Of a stretch of 32,000 nucleotides of DNA, positions 1-8,865 are shown in pieces. Under the pieces are notes generated by a model, which was given only the letters and a program-made list of their open reading frames with translations, was not told where the DNA came from and made no database searches. The translations under genes and the position numbers were made by a program. Every line of letters starts with the position of its first letter. Within the stretch, counting starts at the first letter, position 1. Origin of the DNA: Planctopirus limnophila DSM 3776 (GTDB lineage: Bacteria > Planctomycetota > Planctomycetia > Planctomycetales > Planctomycetaceae); NCBI RefSeq assembly GCF_000092105.1, contig NC_014148.1:2880001-2912000 (forward strand). The letters are read 5' to 3'.

Positions 1-1445
1 CCGAAATCATTGTCGATAAATATAAACGGGGAACACTGCTGGTTGCCCCGGGAACAAACATCAGTCCCGAAACATTGAATATTCTGAAGGCTCAGTTCGA
101 TGAGATCGCGGCTGGGATCGCCTGGTACGAAGGCCTGTTAAGGGCTGTCGTCGTCTTTCTGCTGCTCTCTGTTCTCGCTGCCGTTAATGGTTATTACATT
201 GTTCGTTCCGAACCAAGACTGGTCAAAAGCACTGCCCGCTTGACCGTTTACTTGAGCAGCTTGCTCCTGGCAATCGCCCTTGCCCGCTGGATGTCTTTCG
301 ATCCGTGGCGAGCGGAACTGATTCCCCTGCTCTGCGTTGTCATGGTGCTGACAATTGCTTATCAGCAGGTCATCGCGGCTCTAACAGGGCTCAGCCTGGC
401 CTTGATCCTGGTGCTTTCGAATGGTTTCGATACAGGAGAGTTTGTCGCGATTCTTGGTGCCATCTGCGTGGCCATTGTCAGTATTGGTCAGGTCTCTTCC
501 CGATCCAAACTCATCAAAGTTGGGATTGCCACTGCCGGAACTTACTTTTTGCTGACGATGACGATGGGTGTCATTGTCAGTCAGCGACCCGACAGGTTGT
601 GGGTCGACCACGAACTCTTCTGGCACGCATTGCGAGGTGCGGGATGGTGCATTGCCGCAGGTTATCTTGTGGCTGGCAGCCTGCCATTTATTGAATCGAC
701 CTTCGGCGTGGTGACAGACATCAGTCTGCTGGAATTGAGCGATGTCTCGCACCCTTTACTTCAGGAGCTCGTTCGCCGGGCACCGGGCACATACAACCAC
801 TCAATTGGTGTGGCGACACTCGCCGAAACAGCCGCCGATGCAATTGGCGCCAATGGTCTATTATGTCGGGTGGGAGCTTACTTTCATGATATCGGGAAGA
901 TGCTCAAGCCCCAGTATTTTGTGGAAAACATGACAGCGGGTGAGTTGAATCGGCATGAAAATCTCGCCCCCGCCATGAGTACTTTGATTATCATCGGTCA
1001 CGTCAAAGATGGAGCCGACCTGGGACGCCAGCACCATTTGCCAGACTCGCTGATTGATTTTATTGAACAGCATCATGGTACGACACTTGTGGAGTATTTC
1101 TTTCACAAGGCTTCCCGATATGCAGGGCAACAGTCTGCCGAGGTGAGAACCGAGGTTGAAGAATCATCCTTCCGATATCCTGGGCCAAAGCCTCAATCGA
1201 AAGAAACTGGAATTATGATGCTGGCGGACGCTGTCGAAGGCGCCAGCCGAACTCTCAGCGAACCGACTCCCAAACGCATTGAAACGCTGGTGCACGAAAT
1301 CCTGCTCAAGCGGCTGCTCGACGGCCAGTTCGATGAAAGCGGCCTGACGTTGACCGAGCTGGCGATTGTGGAAGACTCTCTGGTGAAATCGCTCATTTCG
1401 ATTTACCACGGCCGCATCAAATACCCTGACCAGAAAACGGCCTAG
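1..1445 (+). CDS. pgpH: 7TM-receptor / HD-domain membrane phosphohydrolase (PgpH/YqfF type, HDIG), 5'-truncated by the window edge
   Basis: The frame stays open from nt 3 through the listed TTG at 75, so the gene enters from the left edge. Multiple hydrophobic helices are followed by an HD domain with YFHDIGK and EQHHGT motifs. It lies directly upstream of ybeY, as in the conserved phoH-pgpH-ybeY-corC neighbourhood. Confidence 0.85.
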   Translation, partial: EIIVDKYKRGTLLVAPGTNISPETLNILKAQFDEIAAGIAWYEGLLRAVVVFLLLSVLAAVNGYYIVRSEPRLVKSTARLTVYLSSLLLAIALARWMSFDPWRAELIPLLCVVMVLTIAYQQVIAALTGLSLALILVLSNGFDTGEFVAILGAICVAIVSIGQVSSRSKLIKVGIATAGTYFLLTMTMGVIVSQRPDRLWVDHELFWHALRGAGWCIAAGYLVAGSLPFIESTFGVVTDISLLELSDVSHPLLQELVRRAPGTYNHSIGVATLAETAADAIGANGLLCRVGAYFHDIGKMLKPQYFVENMTAGELNRHENLAPAMSTLIIIGHVKDGADLGRQHHLPDSLIDFIEQHHGTTLVEYFFHKASRYAGQQSAEVRTEVEESSFRYPGPKPQSKETGIMMLADAVEGASRTLSEPTPKRIETLVHEILLKRLLDGQFDESGLTLTELAIVEDSLVKSLISIYHGRIKYPDQKTA

Positions 1446-1519
1446 CCCATCAACTTCTCTTCCATGAGCCAGATGAACATGACCCAGATAAATTTTCTTT
1501 TGGACAAGACTTTGCGCAA

Positions 1520-2011
1520 ATGATTGATATTGAAATCACAGATCATCAATCAATCGCCTCGATCGACCCGAAACCTATCCAGACATTACTAAAACATGTT
1601 TTCGAAACCGAAGGTTTTCCAGAGGCAGAAATCAGTATTGCCCTTGTCGATAACCAGCAGATCCACAAGGTCAATCGCGACTTTCTGAATCATGACTACC
1701 CCACGGATGTCATCAGCTTCGTACTGAATGGAAGTGAGGATTCAGTCTCGCATAATCACGATCATGCGGATCCGGATTTCCCTGAACCACTGATTGGCGA
1801 AGTCATCGTCAGTGTGGAAACCGCAGCGGGTATGGCTGCCGAGAACAATTGGTGCATCGCTTCGGAAGTCTTGTTATACTGCCTGCACGGATCATTACAT
1901 CTTTGTGGATATGACGATCTCGTCGCATCTGAGCGAAACAGGATGCGTGAACGCGAGCGGTTTTATCTGTTGCCATTAGGTCTCGATCCTCAGGTTGATC
2001 CATCAGACTGA
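1520..2011 (+). CDS. ybeY: Endoribonuclease YbeY (rRNA maturation factor)
   Basis: 163 aa. Carries the UPF0054 signature region LHGSLHLCGYDD (canonical H-G-x-L-H-L-x-G-Y-D-H). Its position between a pgpH-type gene and a corC-type gene is typical. Confidence 0.92.
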   Translation: MIDIEITDHQSIASIDPKPIQTLLKHVFETEGFPEAEISIALVDNQQIHKVNRDFLNHDYPTDVISFVLNGSEDSVSHNHDHADPDFPEPLIGEVIVSVETAAGMAAENNWCIASEVLLYCLHGSLHLCGYDDLVASERNRMRERERFYLLPLGLDPQVDPSD

Positions 2012-2158
2012 CCCCACGACTTCATTGACTGGTACGACGGTTTTGTTGAATCAGTGCCTATCTCAGCAACTCCAGAACTGATTGAAAATGTTGGGAGAGA
2101 TTTTGCTCCCAGGGAATGATCGAACTTTGAATTATCCAAGGAGCCTGGTCTCGCTGCC

Positions 2159-3478
2159 ATGATGATTGTTCTGATTGCAATCGGCGGGTTTCTGCTGGTG
2201 GCGTGCTGGAGCGCCTTGGGTTGCTACGCACTGAGAGATTTTTCTTACAGCCGTCTCGAAGAAATTTGCAACCAGAGGGGACGTTCCCAGAGATTCAGCG
2301 AAATTCTCAGGCAACAGGAATCGGCCCTGCTGGGGCTTGAGTTGCTCTTATCATTATCAACTTTATGCGTGGCGGCTTCCGTTGGCCTTGGAATCGGTTG
2401 GCCTCGTGCCCAGGAAGCAGCATTAACCCAGAGTTTTCCCTGGGATTTTGTGGCCGAGTACGTCTTCCTGGTTCTGGCGGTACTGCTCGTTGCGGACATT
2501 CTTCCCTGGTGTATCGCACGGGTTGCCAGTGAGCCATTTCTGGACCGCTGGTGGCCAGTGATCAACAGCGTTCAATATCTACTGTGGCCATTACTTTCTT
2601 TGGCCAAATGGCTCGATCGCATGGCCCATCGTCTCGTAGGACGCGGTGAACCCGAAGAAGATGATGCCTCGGTCTTAAGTGATGAAATACGTACTGTGGT
2701 CGATGAGGGGCAGCGTGAGGGTTACCTCGAACAGGGGGCCCGCGTGATGATCCACCGGGTGATGGAGCTGCAGGACGAAGATGTGGGCGGAATCATGACC
2801 CCGCGCACCGATATGTTCTCGATCCCTCTGGGGGCCTCTCTGGAAGAAGCTCGCCAGAAACTGATTTCATCGGGTCATTCCCGCGTTCCCGTCGTGGCCG
2901 ACAGCCCGGATGAGATTGTGGGCTTGCTCTATTCAAAAGATCTACTCAAAGCTCTCGACCCTGCCTGCGCACGGGATTCACTCCCGAAACTGAGCGAAAT
3001 TCTCCGCGAACCCAAATACATCCCCGAAACAACTGGCATCGCTGCCCTTCTCGAAATGATGCAGCGGGAGCATTTTCAATTGGCAATTGTTCTCGATGAG
3101 TACGGCGGTGTCGCTGGTCTCGTGACAATGGAAGACATCCTTGAGGAGATCGTCGGTGAGATTGCCGACGAGTATGACACTCTCGAAGGTGAGTCGCCTG
3201 TTAAGAAGATTGCTCCAAACATCGTCGAAATCGATGCTCGGATGCATATCGACGATTTGAACGAACAGTTTCTCTATGGGCTTCCCGAAGATGGCGAATT
3301 CGACACCATTGGAGGCTTTGTCTTTTCTCAACTGGGCCGTATGCCGTCGACGGGTGAGATCTTCGACTGGAATAATCTCAAGATGACGATTATTGAAGCA
3401 GATAAACGAAAAATCCTTCGATTGAGAATCGAGCAACCCAGCGAAGTCACCACAGAATCTTCGACTTCTGATTCCTGA
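2159..3478 (+). CDS. CNNM/CorC/TlyC-family protein (DUF21 membrane domain + CBS pair + CorC_HlyC C-terminal domain)
   Basis: 439 aa. N-terminal hydrophobic DUF21-like region, a CBS-pair-like middle (IMTPRTDMF..., HSRVPVV, IVGLLYSKDLL, LAIVLDEYGGVAGLVTMEDILEEIVGEI), and a C-terminal transporter-associated domain. Classic partner of ybeY. Confidence 0.9.
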   Translation: MMIVLIAIGGFLLVACWSALGCYALRDFSYSRLEEICNQRGRSQRFSEILRQQESALLGLELLLSLSTLCVAASVGLGIGWPRAQEAALTQSFPWDFVAEYVFLVLAVLLVADILPWCIARVASEPFLDRWWPVINSVQYLLWPLLSLAKWLDRMAHRLVGRGEPEEDDASVLSDEIRTVVDEGQREGYLEQGARVMIHRVMELQDEDVGGIMTPRTDMFSIPLGASLEEARQKLISSGHSRVPVVADSPDEIVGLLYSKDLLKALDPACARDSLPKLSEILREPKYIPETTGIAALLEMMQREHFQLAIVLDEYGGVAGLVTMEDILEEIVGEIADEYDTLEGESPVKKIAPNIVEIDARMHIDDLNEQFLYGLPEDGEFDTIGGFVFSQLGRMPSTGEIFDWNNLKMTIIEADKRKILRLRIEQPSEVTTESSTSDS

Positions 3479-3534
3479 TCGAGGTGCCATTTTACCAGCT
3501 CCTCACAGACCTCGTCAGGACTTGCAAAGGATGA

Positions 3535-5115
3535 CTAGAGAGCAGTCTTCGTATCCTGATTCAGAAAGATTCGGCGGCACTCGCTGTTCATGCTGAAGAG
3601 ATCTCTGGAAAGCTCTTTCGCTTCCTCTGCCGCATTCTTCCGAATGGCCTCCTGGACTTCTTTCAACCTGAGGCCGAGTTTGCGGACAGCCTCTTCCCTC
3701 GCCTCTGTCGTGAACCTTCCCCTGAGCATTTCACTGGTTTTCAGTTTGCTCAATTGCTGATTCCAGGCGGATAATCGAGTCTCGGCAATCCCCCATTGCC
3801 CCTGATTGATCGCTGTCAAAGCTTCAGCACGAATTGCACCAATCTCATCGAACACCTCTTCAGCGGGTGGATAGTAAATATAGACCACCAGCAAGAGGCC
3901 AGCCGTCGAGGCAGCAAGACCTAAGCCTTTTAATATTCTGGGTGAAAGTGGGCGATTGAAGCTGTTGTTCCGAGTCTTTTCCGCCGCTTCTTCTTTGGCT
4001 TGCAAGACGGCTTGTGGCAAGAACAAGCCAATCTTCCGCCATCTCAAAACACCACCGACCACAACGCCAATCAGCACGATATCCAGGGCCCAGGCGTTGG
4101 CCTCGCTCGAAAAGGTCGTGGCACTGGCCCAGATCTGCTGGAAGGGCGGAATTGTTGAAAAAGTCCCAAATGGCTGAGAGAGATTATCCAGAGCATGTGT
4201 TTCATCGTCGTCTGTCGGAATCCGCGGCAAGGTCTCGTTGGCAGCAAATCCAATGGCCAGAGTTAAGGAGAAGATCATTCCGAGAACGACCAGCATTTTC
4301 TTCAAACCCAGGACGCGGCTGAAGATGATCAGATTGGAGGCTGTCAGCCCGACACCTGCTGTCTGGAGCATGAGCGCTGCTGCAAGTGACCAGTGCACCT
4401 TCTCCATCGCCGCCATCTGCATGATCCCCGTTGCGGGTGAGACGAATTGCGTCGTCACAGCGGCCATCATCAGCAAAGGTGCCCACAGATTTGTATGCAC
4501 CATTTCGTGACCCAGACTGTCAGCCGGAATTACTGCCGCCGTCGCGCCTGAGATCACCATTCCCAGAATGACCCACGCGAGTGCCGGCCCAGCCAGCATG
4601 CGGAGAGTCATGATCATCAGGTTGAGCATGCGAACGAGGCCATAAACATGGACATGCCGCTCATCTTCCGGATTGGCAAGAGCGGAAGAATCTGGCTCGC
4701 TCTCAGGTGAAAATCTTTCAATCAGCAGCCCTGCACTGATCGAAATCAGTAAAGCGCAACCAACAACGGTCAAGAACATGGGAACAGTGAGCACCGTCAA
4801 CCCATAACAGACAGTGATCGGATTCAGCAGTGGGGCCGAGACTCCAAAGGCGACAATGCGCCCCATGTTCACCCGGGCAGATCGCATTTCAAATAAGAGG
4901 GGGATCACACCGAGCGAGCAGACTGGCACCAGAGAACCGTAGATGGTCGCCTTGACCACCCCCTGCCAGCCTGAACCCGAAAATGCTGCGTGCAATCGAG
5001 ATCGTCCCACGACGACATGCAGAAATGCAGCACAAAAACAGCCAGCCAGCAAAGTGGGGGCGGCATCGACAGCGGCTTGTAATGTACGAATCAGAAATGT
5101 CACCAGCACGATCAT
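3535..5115 (-). CDS. Predicted permease (ArsP_1/DUF318, YraQ-like) with an extra TM helix and a helical C-terminal extension
   Basis: 526 aa polytopic membrane protein. The motif LVPVCSLGVIPLLFEM resembles the PVCSCGxxP signature of the family. The last ~150 aa are one TM helix plus a charged helical segment. It sits 74 nt downstream of, and co-directional with, the MoxR gene. Confidence 0.7.
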   Translation of the reverse strand: MIVLVTFLIRTLQAAVDAAPTLLAGCFCAAFLHVVVGRSRLHAAFSGSGWQGVVKATIYGSLVPVCSLGVIPLLFEMRSARVNMGRIVAFGVSAPLLNPITVCYGLTVLTVPMFLTVVGCALLISISAGLLIERFSPESEPDSSALANPEDERHVHVYGLVRMLNLMIMTLRMLAGPALAWVILGMVISGATAAVIPADSLGHEMVHTNLWAPLLMMAAVTTQFVSPATGIMQMAAMEKVHWSLAAALMLQTAGVGLTASNLIIFSRVLGLKKMLVVLGMIFSLTLAIGFAANETLPRIPTDDDETHALDNLSQPFGTFSTIPPFQQIWASATTFSSEANAWALDIVLIGVVVGGVLRWRKIGLFLPQAVLQAKEEAAEKTRNNSFNRPLSPRILKGLGLAASTAGLLLVVYIYYPPAEEVFDEIGAIRAEALTAINQGQWGIAETRLSAWNQQLSKLKTSEMLRGRFTTEAREEAVRKLGLRLKEVQEAIRKNAAEEAKELSRDLFSMNSECRRIFLNQDTKTAL

Positions 5116-5189
5116 AAGTCACTCACGACGAAAAAGTATCAAGGCTTAAAACGACTCAACAGCTCCTGATCGCACTCGCAGATTCACAA

Positions 5190-6221
5190 TCAAGGGACTG
5201 GTACCGATGAAATCAGTTCTGTGATCATTTTTTCAGTCGAGTCTTCATCGATCACCAGACGGACAGCCAGTACCGGATAAGCGACCTCTTGAAGATCGCT
5301 GGGCGTAACAAAATCCCGGCCCTGTAACCATGCCCAGGCTTGCCCCAGTCGTTGCCAGATGAGCAGCGCACGAGGACTCAGCCCCAAGGCAATACGAGGA
5401 TGATGACGAGAGGCACGGGCGACCTGAACCAGATAATTCTGCACGTTCGGCTGCACATGAATCGCTGCCGTCAACTGCTGCAAATGGAGCAATTCGACAG
5501 GGGTCAGGCAGCTTTCATCAGCAGTGGTTCTGACGGACTTACCCTGCTCTGGACTCGACTTGACTGCCGCTGCCAGCATGCGAGCTTCATCATCCTCCTG
5601 GGGATAACCAATCGAAAGCTTCATGGCAAAGCGATCAAGCTGAGCCTCAGGCAAGGGGTAAGTCCCGTGCTGTTCATGCGGGTTTTGCGTCGCAATGACA
5701 AAAAAGGTTGCCGGTAACTGATAAGTCATTCCGTCAATCGTCACCTGCTTTTCGGCCATGGACTCCAGCAGCGCACTCTGGGTTCGTGGAGTGGCGCGAT
5801 TGATTTCGTCGGCCAGGAGCACTTCGGTGAATACCGGGCCTTTCTGAAATTCGAATTCCTGGGTTTTCTGGTTGTAGATATTGAAACCCGTCAGATCACT
5901 GGGAAGCAGATCGGGAGTACACTGAACTCTGCGAAATCGGCTGCCGATCGATTGAGAGAGGGCAACGGCCAGCGTTGTTTTCCCTAACCCTGGCTTATCT
6001 TCCAGAAGCACATGCCCCTGTGCGAGCAATGAAGCCAGCACATACTCCACAACAGCCGGTTTTCCCAACAATGCGGAATTCAACCGGCCTCTTAATTGAT
6101 CGATCTTCTGACGGAAGTTCGCCAGATCACTTTCCCCGGCGGGATTCATACGATGAGCAGGATCGTGTTCATTCGCAGAACGACTCCATCGCGATGAATT
6201 GTCGATGACGGCGTTATTCAC
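5190..6221 (-). CDS. MoxR-family AAA+ ATPase (AAA_3)
   Basis: 343 aa. Walker A KPGLGKTT, Walker B plus MoxR signature VLLADEINRATPRTQSALLESMAE, then VIATQNP. Adjacent to DUF58 and transglutaminase-like genes. Confidence 0.93.
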   Translation of the reverse strand: MNNAVIDNSSRWSRSANEHDPAHRMNPAGESDLANFRQKIDQLRGRLNSALLGKPAVVEYVLASLLAQGHVLLEDKPGLGKTTLAVALSQSIGSRFRRVQCTPDLLPSDLTGFNIYNQKTQEFEFQKGPVFTEVLLADEINRATPRTQSALLESMAEKQVTIDGMTYQLPATFFVIATQNPHEQHGTYPLPEAQLDRFAMKLSIGYPQEDDEARMLAAAVKSSPEQGKSVRTTADESCLTPVELLHLQQLTAAIHVQPNVQNYLVQVARASRHHPRIALGLSPRALLIWQRLGQAWAWLQGRDFVTPSDLQEVAYPVLAVRLVIDEDSTEKMITELISSVPVP

Positions 6222-6276
6222 AGAAGTTATCCATTCCTAGAGACTAAATTGATTTCGAAACTTACAAGTTTATTGA

Positions 6277-8865
6277 TTAAGCACTGACAATGAGCTGATC
6301 CTGATTCAGTCTGAATCTGGCGGCTGCTTTTCGAGTATCTGCCGAAATCACCACACCTGAGGATGAAACTTCCGTGAATTCACCTGGCTGATTTTTGGCT
6401 TCGCTCAATGCCTGACTTCGCTCAGATTCCTGAGCCAGAACCTTGAGCACGCGTTTGAGTCTCCAACTGCTCCAATCGCCATCCATTTGCTTCAGCCGGG
6501 CCAGTAGTGATTGAGCTTCAGCGAATGGAAGCCTCTCGAAATACGCCTCAGGGCCATAAAGAGCCGCATCGTGCAATTCTGCAAAACACTCGAATAATCG
6601 CGATAACTCCAGACACGACGGAGCCAGCATCCGCATTTTTTCACGTGTTTTCGTCAGTGATTCATCCATGGCACATGCTGATTCGAGGCCATCGATTCTT
6701 GAAACTGCGGTCTTCAGGCTTCGCCGGATCTGTTGAAGCCAGCGTCCCAGAGTGCAGGAATCTGGCTTATCCCACGATGCGGCTTTGAGTCTCAACGATA
6801 GGACTTTCCCGGCCTCCAGAAGAGCTTCTCGATTCAGTCGATGGCAAGATTTCCGCCACCTGTACGCCTTCCATTCCGCCAGCAGATGATGGCGCTGCCA
6901 GAATGCGACAGAAGTCATCACGAAGCACGCCAACAGAATGAAAAAATTCTGCCAGATGGTCCGCGACAACCACCAGATCGCCAACATGATCGATTCGGAG
7001 ATGGTGGGAACCGGCTGCAAGACTTTGTAGCCGGGAGTGGGCTCGACGGTGACCCACCAGTTGAGACCTGCATGAATCTCGACCCAAGTATGCACATCCT
7101 CTTTGAGAATCGCTGTATGCCTCAATCGATAATCGTATCGATCATCCCGGGCATACAGGCCTGTGACTAACCGGGAGGGATAACCAGCAGCTCGCAGGAG
7201 CATCGCTGTCGCTGCGGCAAAGTGATAATCGCTTCCTCTTTTGGAATCGAACAGAAACCAGGCAGGGACATTCTCACAATCGACAGGGGGGCGAATTTCT
7301 CGATCAAGCTGGTAATGAGAACGCACGTAATCTCGAATAGCGGCAATCTGAGACCAGCCACGAGGATAGGGCTTGGTTATCTGCTCCGCTAACTCTTCGA
7401 AACGCAGAAGATGATCATCATCAGGCATTCCCAGATATTGCATGGCACCGCTTGGAAAGTTCGTCGGACTCGATCGCAATGATTTCTCTGCCACAGGTGC
7501 TGATTGAAGATGGATGACCGTCAGGTCAGGCAATCTCTCGCGATCAAGCCGTAATCGGCCGGGGGCTGCCCACTTGTAAAAAGTGGCATCCGTTAACTGA
7601 TCAATCATCACGGCTTCAAGACCGGGTGGCGATGGAATCGCATTGGTATCGAGCTGCACAAGCTTGATGGCATGCAGTTCACTCTGGCCAAACCCCATTG
7701 GGCGAGTTTCCGCCGGAAGGACAAACCAGGGCTTCCCCTGGATCGTCTGGATTGTTCCCTGCATCGATGCGATCGAGGGCTCAGCCTCGGCCTGCCAGAC
7801 CACACCATCAAACTCTGCAAAAGTCTGCAGTGACAGATGCAGTGGGACTCGCCCGACCAAAAATGCTACGGCGTCCGTCGAGATATTGGTGGGAAGAGTC
7901 TTATTTTCCGTCTCTGATTTTCTCAACATGGAAAAAGGACGGCCACCCGTCTGAGCCTTGGCCATTTTCTGCTCGGCAGTTGATCGAAACTGTCGAGGCA
8001 GAGCGATAGCTCGATCCTGATTTTTGGGAATGATGGGTTCGTTATAGGAATCATCAAAGAGGTCGTACAGACTCGGGTCATGAGATGTCATGAACGGTGC
8101 GTCATCAATCGGGGCAAAACTTTTGACGTTCTCCGTTCCCGCAATCACGGTGTCGCCATCATTGACACCCCCTCGCGCCCAGGGGCTTGAGTCTCCATTT
8201 CCACCTGAACTGGGCATAAACCCCGACAGCGAGCCTGTCACACCCGCATAACCCAGCGGAATGGCGAGCATCGTCAATCCCAAGAGCACAGGCACAATCA
8301 ATAACCAGCTGCGCGGAAACCTCCTGGAACTGGACGAGATCAGATGGGAATGCAGACTCTCCCAATGTTTTCCCATCAGCCACCAGATCCCGGCAGCCAG
8401 ATATCCCAGTACGAGAATCTGCAACCACCAGGGCTTGCCAAGTGCTGCCGAAAAAAGAATCAAAAATGTCGACATCACCGCGACCATGCCGTGATAGTTC
8501 CCCCAGCCACTGATGATGACCAGTGCCAGCATGACGGCTTGCAACGCCAGGAGCAGAAGCAGTTCCAGAGGTAGCCAAAGCCCCAGTTGTGCCCGCGTAA
8601 TGAGTTCGATACCCAATAGGGCCACGACCAACCCGCTGATGATGGGGAGTGAGTGATCCTGCCCTTCTGGCCTGGTAAAATAAGTTGGCAAACTGAATTT
8701 CAGCAGCCATCCAGCCAACAATGCCAGAACAACTTTACTAATCCCGATGACGCATGAAAGCCAGATCGCCCGCTCGGGTTCACCAAGCACAACCTCAAAA
8801 GTCATGCTCGATAACGCTGCAAGCGTGTATGTGAGCAGCGTGCTGACTCGCTGGTTAGCCGGCAT
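6277..8865 (-). CDS. Transglutaminase-like membrane protein (TgpA-like: N-terminal polytopic domain + transglutaminase-core fold + C-terminal TM/helical domain)
   Basis: 862 aa. About 6 N-terminal TM helices. Core region WFLFDSKRGSDYHFAAATAMLLRAAGYPSRLVTGLY ... DVHTWVEIH ... WWVTVEPTP aligns to the transglutaminase core motifs G-x-C-x-x-F-A ... H-x-W-x-E ... D-P-T. Its start overlaps the DUF58 stop by 11 nt. Confidence 0.85.
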   Translation of the reverse strand: MPANQRVSTLLTYTLAALSSMTFEVVLGEPERAIWLSCVIGISKVVLALLAGWLLKFSLPTYFTRPEGQDHSLPIISGLVVALLGIELITRAQLGLWLPLELLLLLALQAVMLALVIISGWGNYHGMVAVMSTFLILFSAALGKPWWLQILVLGYLAAGIWWLMGKHWESLHSHLISSSSRRFPRSWLLIVPVLLGLTMLAIPLGYAGVTGSLSGFMPSSGGNGDSSPWARGGVNDGDTVIAGTENVKSFAPIDDAPFMTSHDPSLYDLFDDSYNEPIIPKNQDRAIALPRQFRSTAEQKMAKAQTGGRPFSMLRKSETENKTLPTNISTDAVAFLVGRVPLHLSLQTFAEFDGVVWQAEAEPSIASMQGTIQTIQGKPWFVLPAETRPMGFGQSELHAIKLVQLDTNAIPSPPGLEAVMIDQLTDATFYKWAAPGRLRLDRERLPDLTVIHLQSAPVAEKSLRSSPTNFPSGAMQYLGMPDDDHLLRFEELAEQITKPYPRGWSQIAAIRDYVRSHYQLDREIRPPVDCENVPAWFLFDSKRGSDYHFAAATAMLLRAAGYPSRLVTGLYARDDRYDYRLRHTAILKEDVHTWVEIHAGLNWWVTVEPTPGYKVLQPVPTISESIMLAIWWLSRTIWQNFFILLACFVMTSVAFWQRHHLLAEWKAYRWRKSCHRLNREALLEAGKVLSLRLKAASWDKPDSCTLGRWLQQIRRSLKTAVSRIDGLESACAMDESLTKTREKMRMLAPSCLELSRLFECFAELHDAALYGPEAYFERLPFAEAQSLLARLKQMDGDWSSWRLKRVLKVLAQESERSQALSEAKNQPGEFTEVSSSGVVISADTRKAAARFRLNQDQLIVSA

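Noticed and set aside
2978-3490. 170-aa minus-strand ORF antisense to the CorC-type gene. Similar long antisense or alternate-frame ORFs occur at 8159-8710, 8747-9238, 16464-16925, 16709-17251 and 28478-29206.
   Set aside because: Each lies entirely within, or straddles, a gene with strong domain evidence on the other strand or frame. Their translations are rich in R/S/P/G with no recognisable motifs, and 28478-29206 even crosses an intergenic spacer. They look like typical shadow ORFs.
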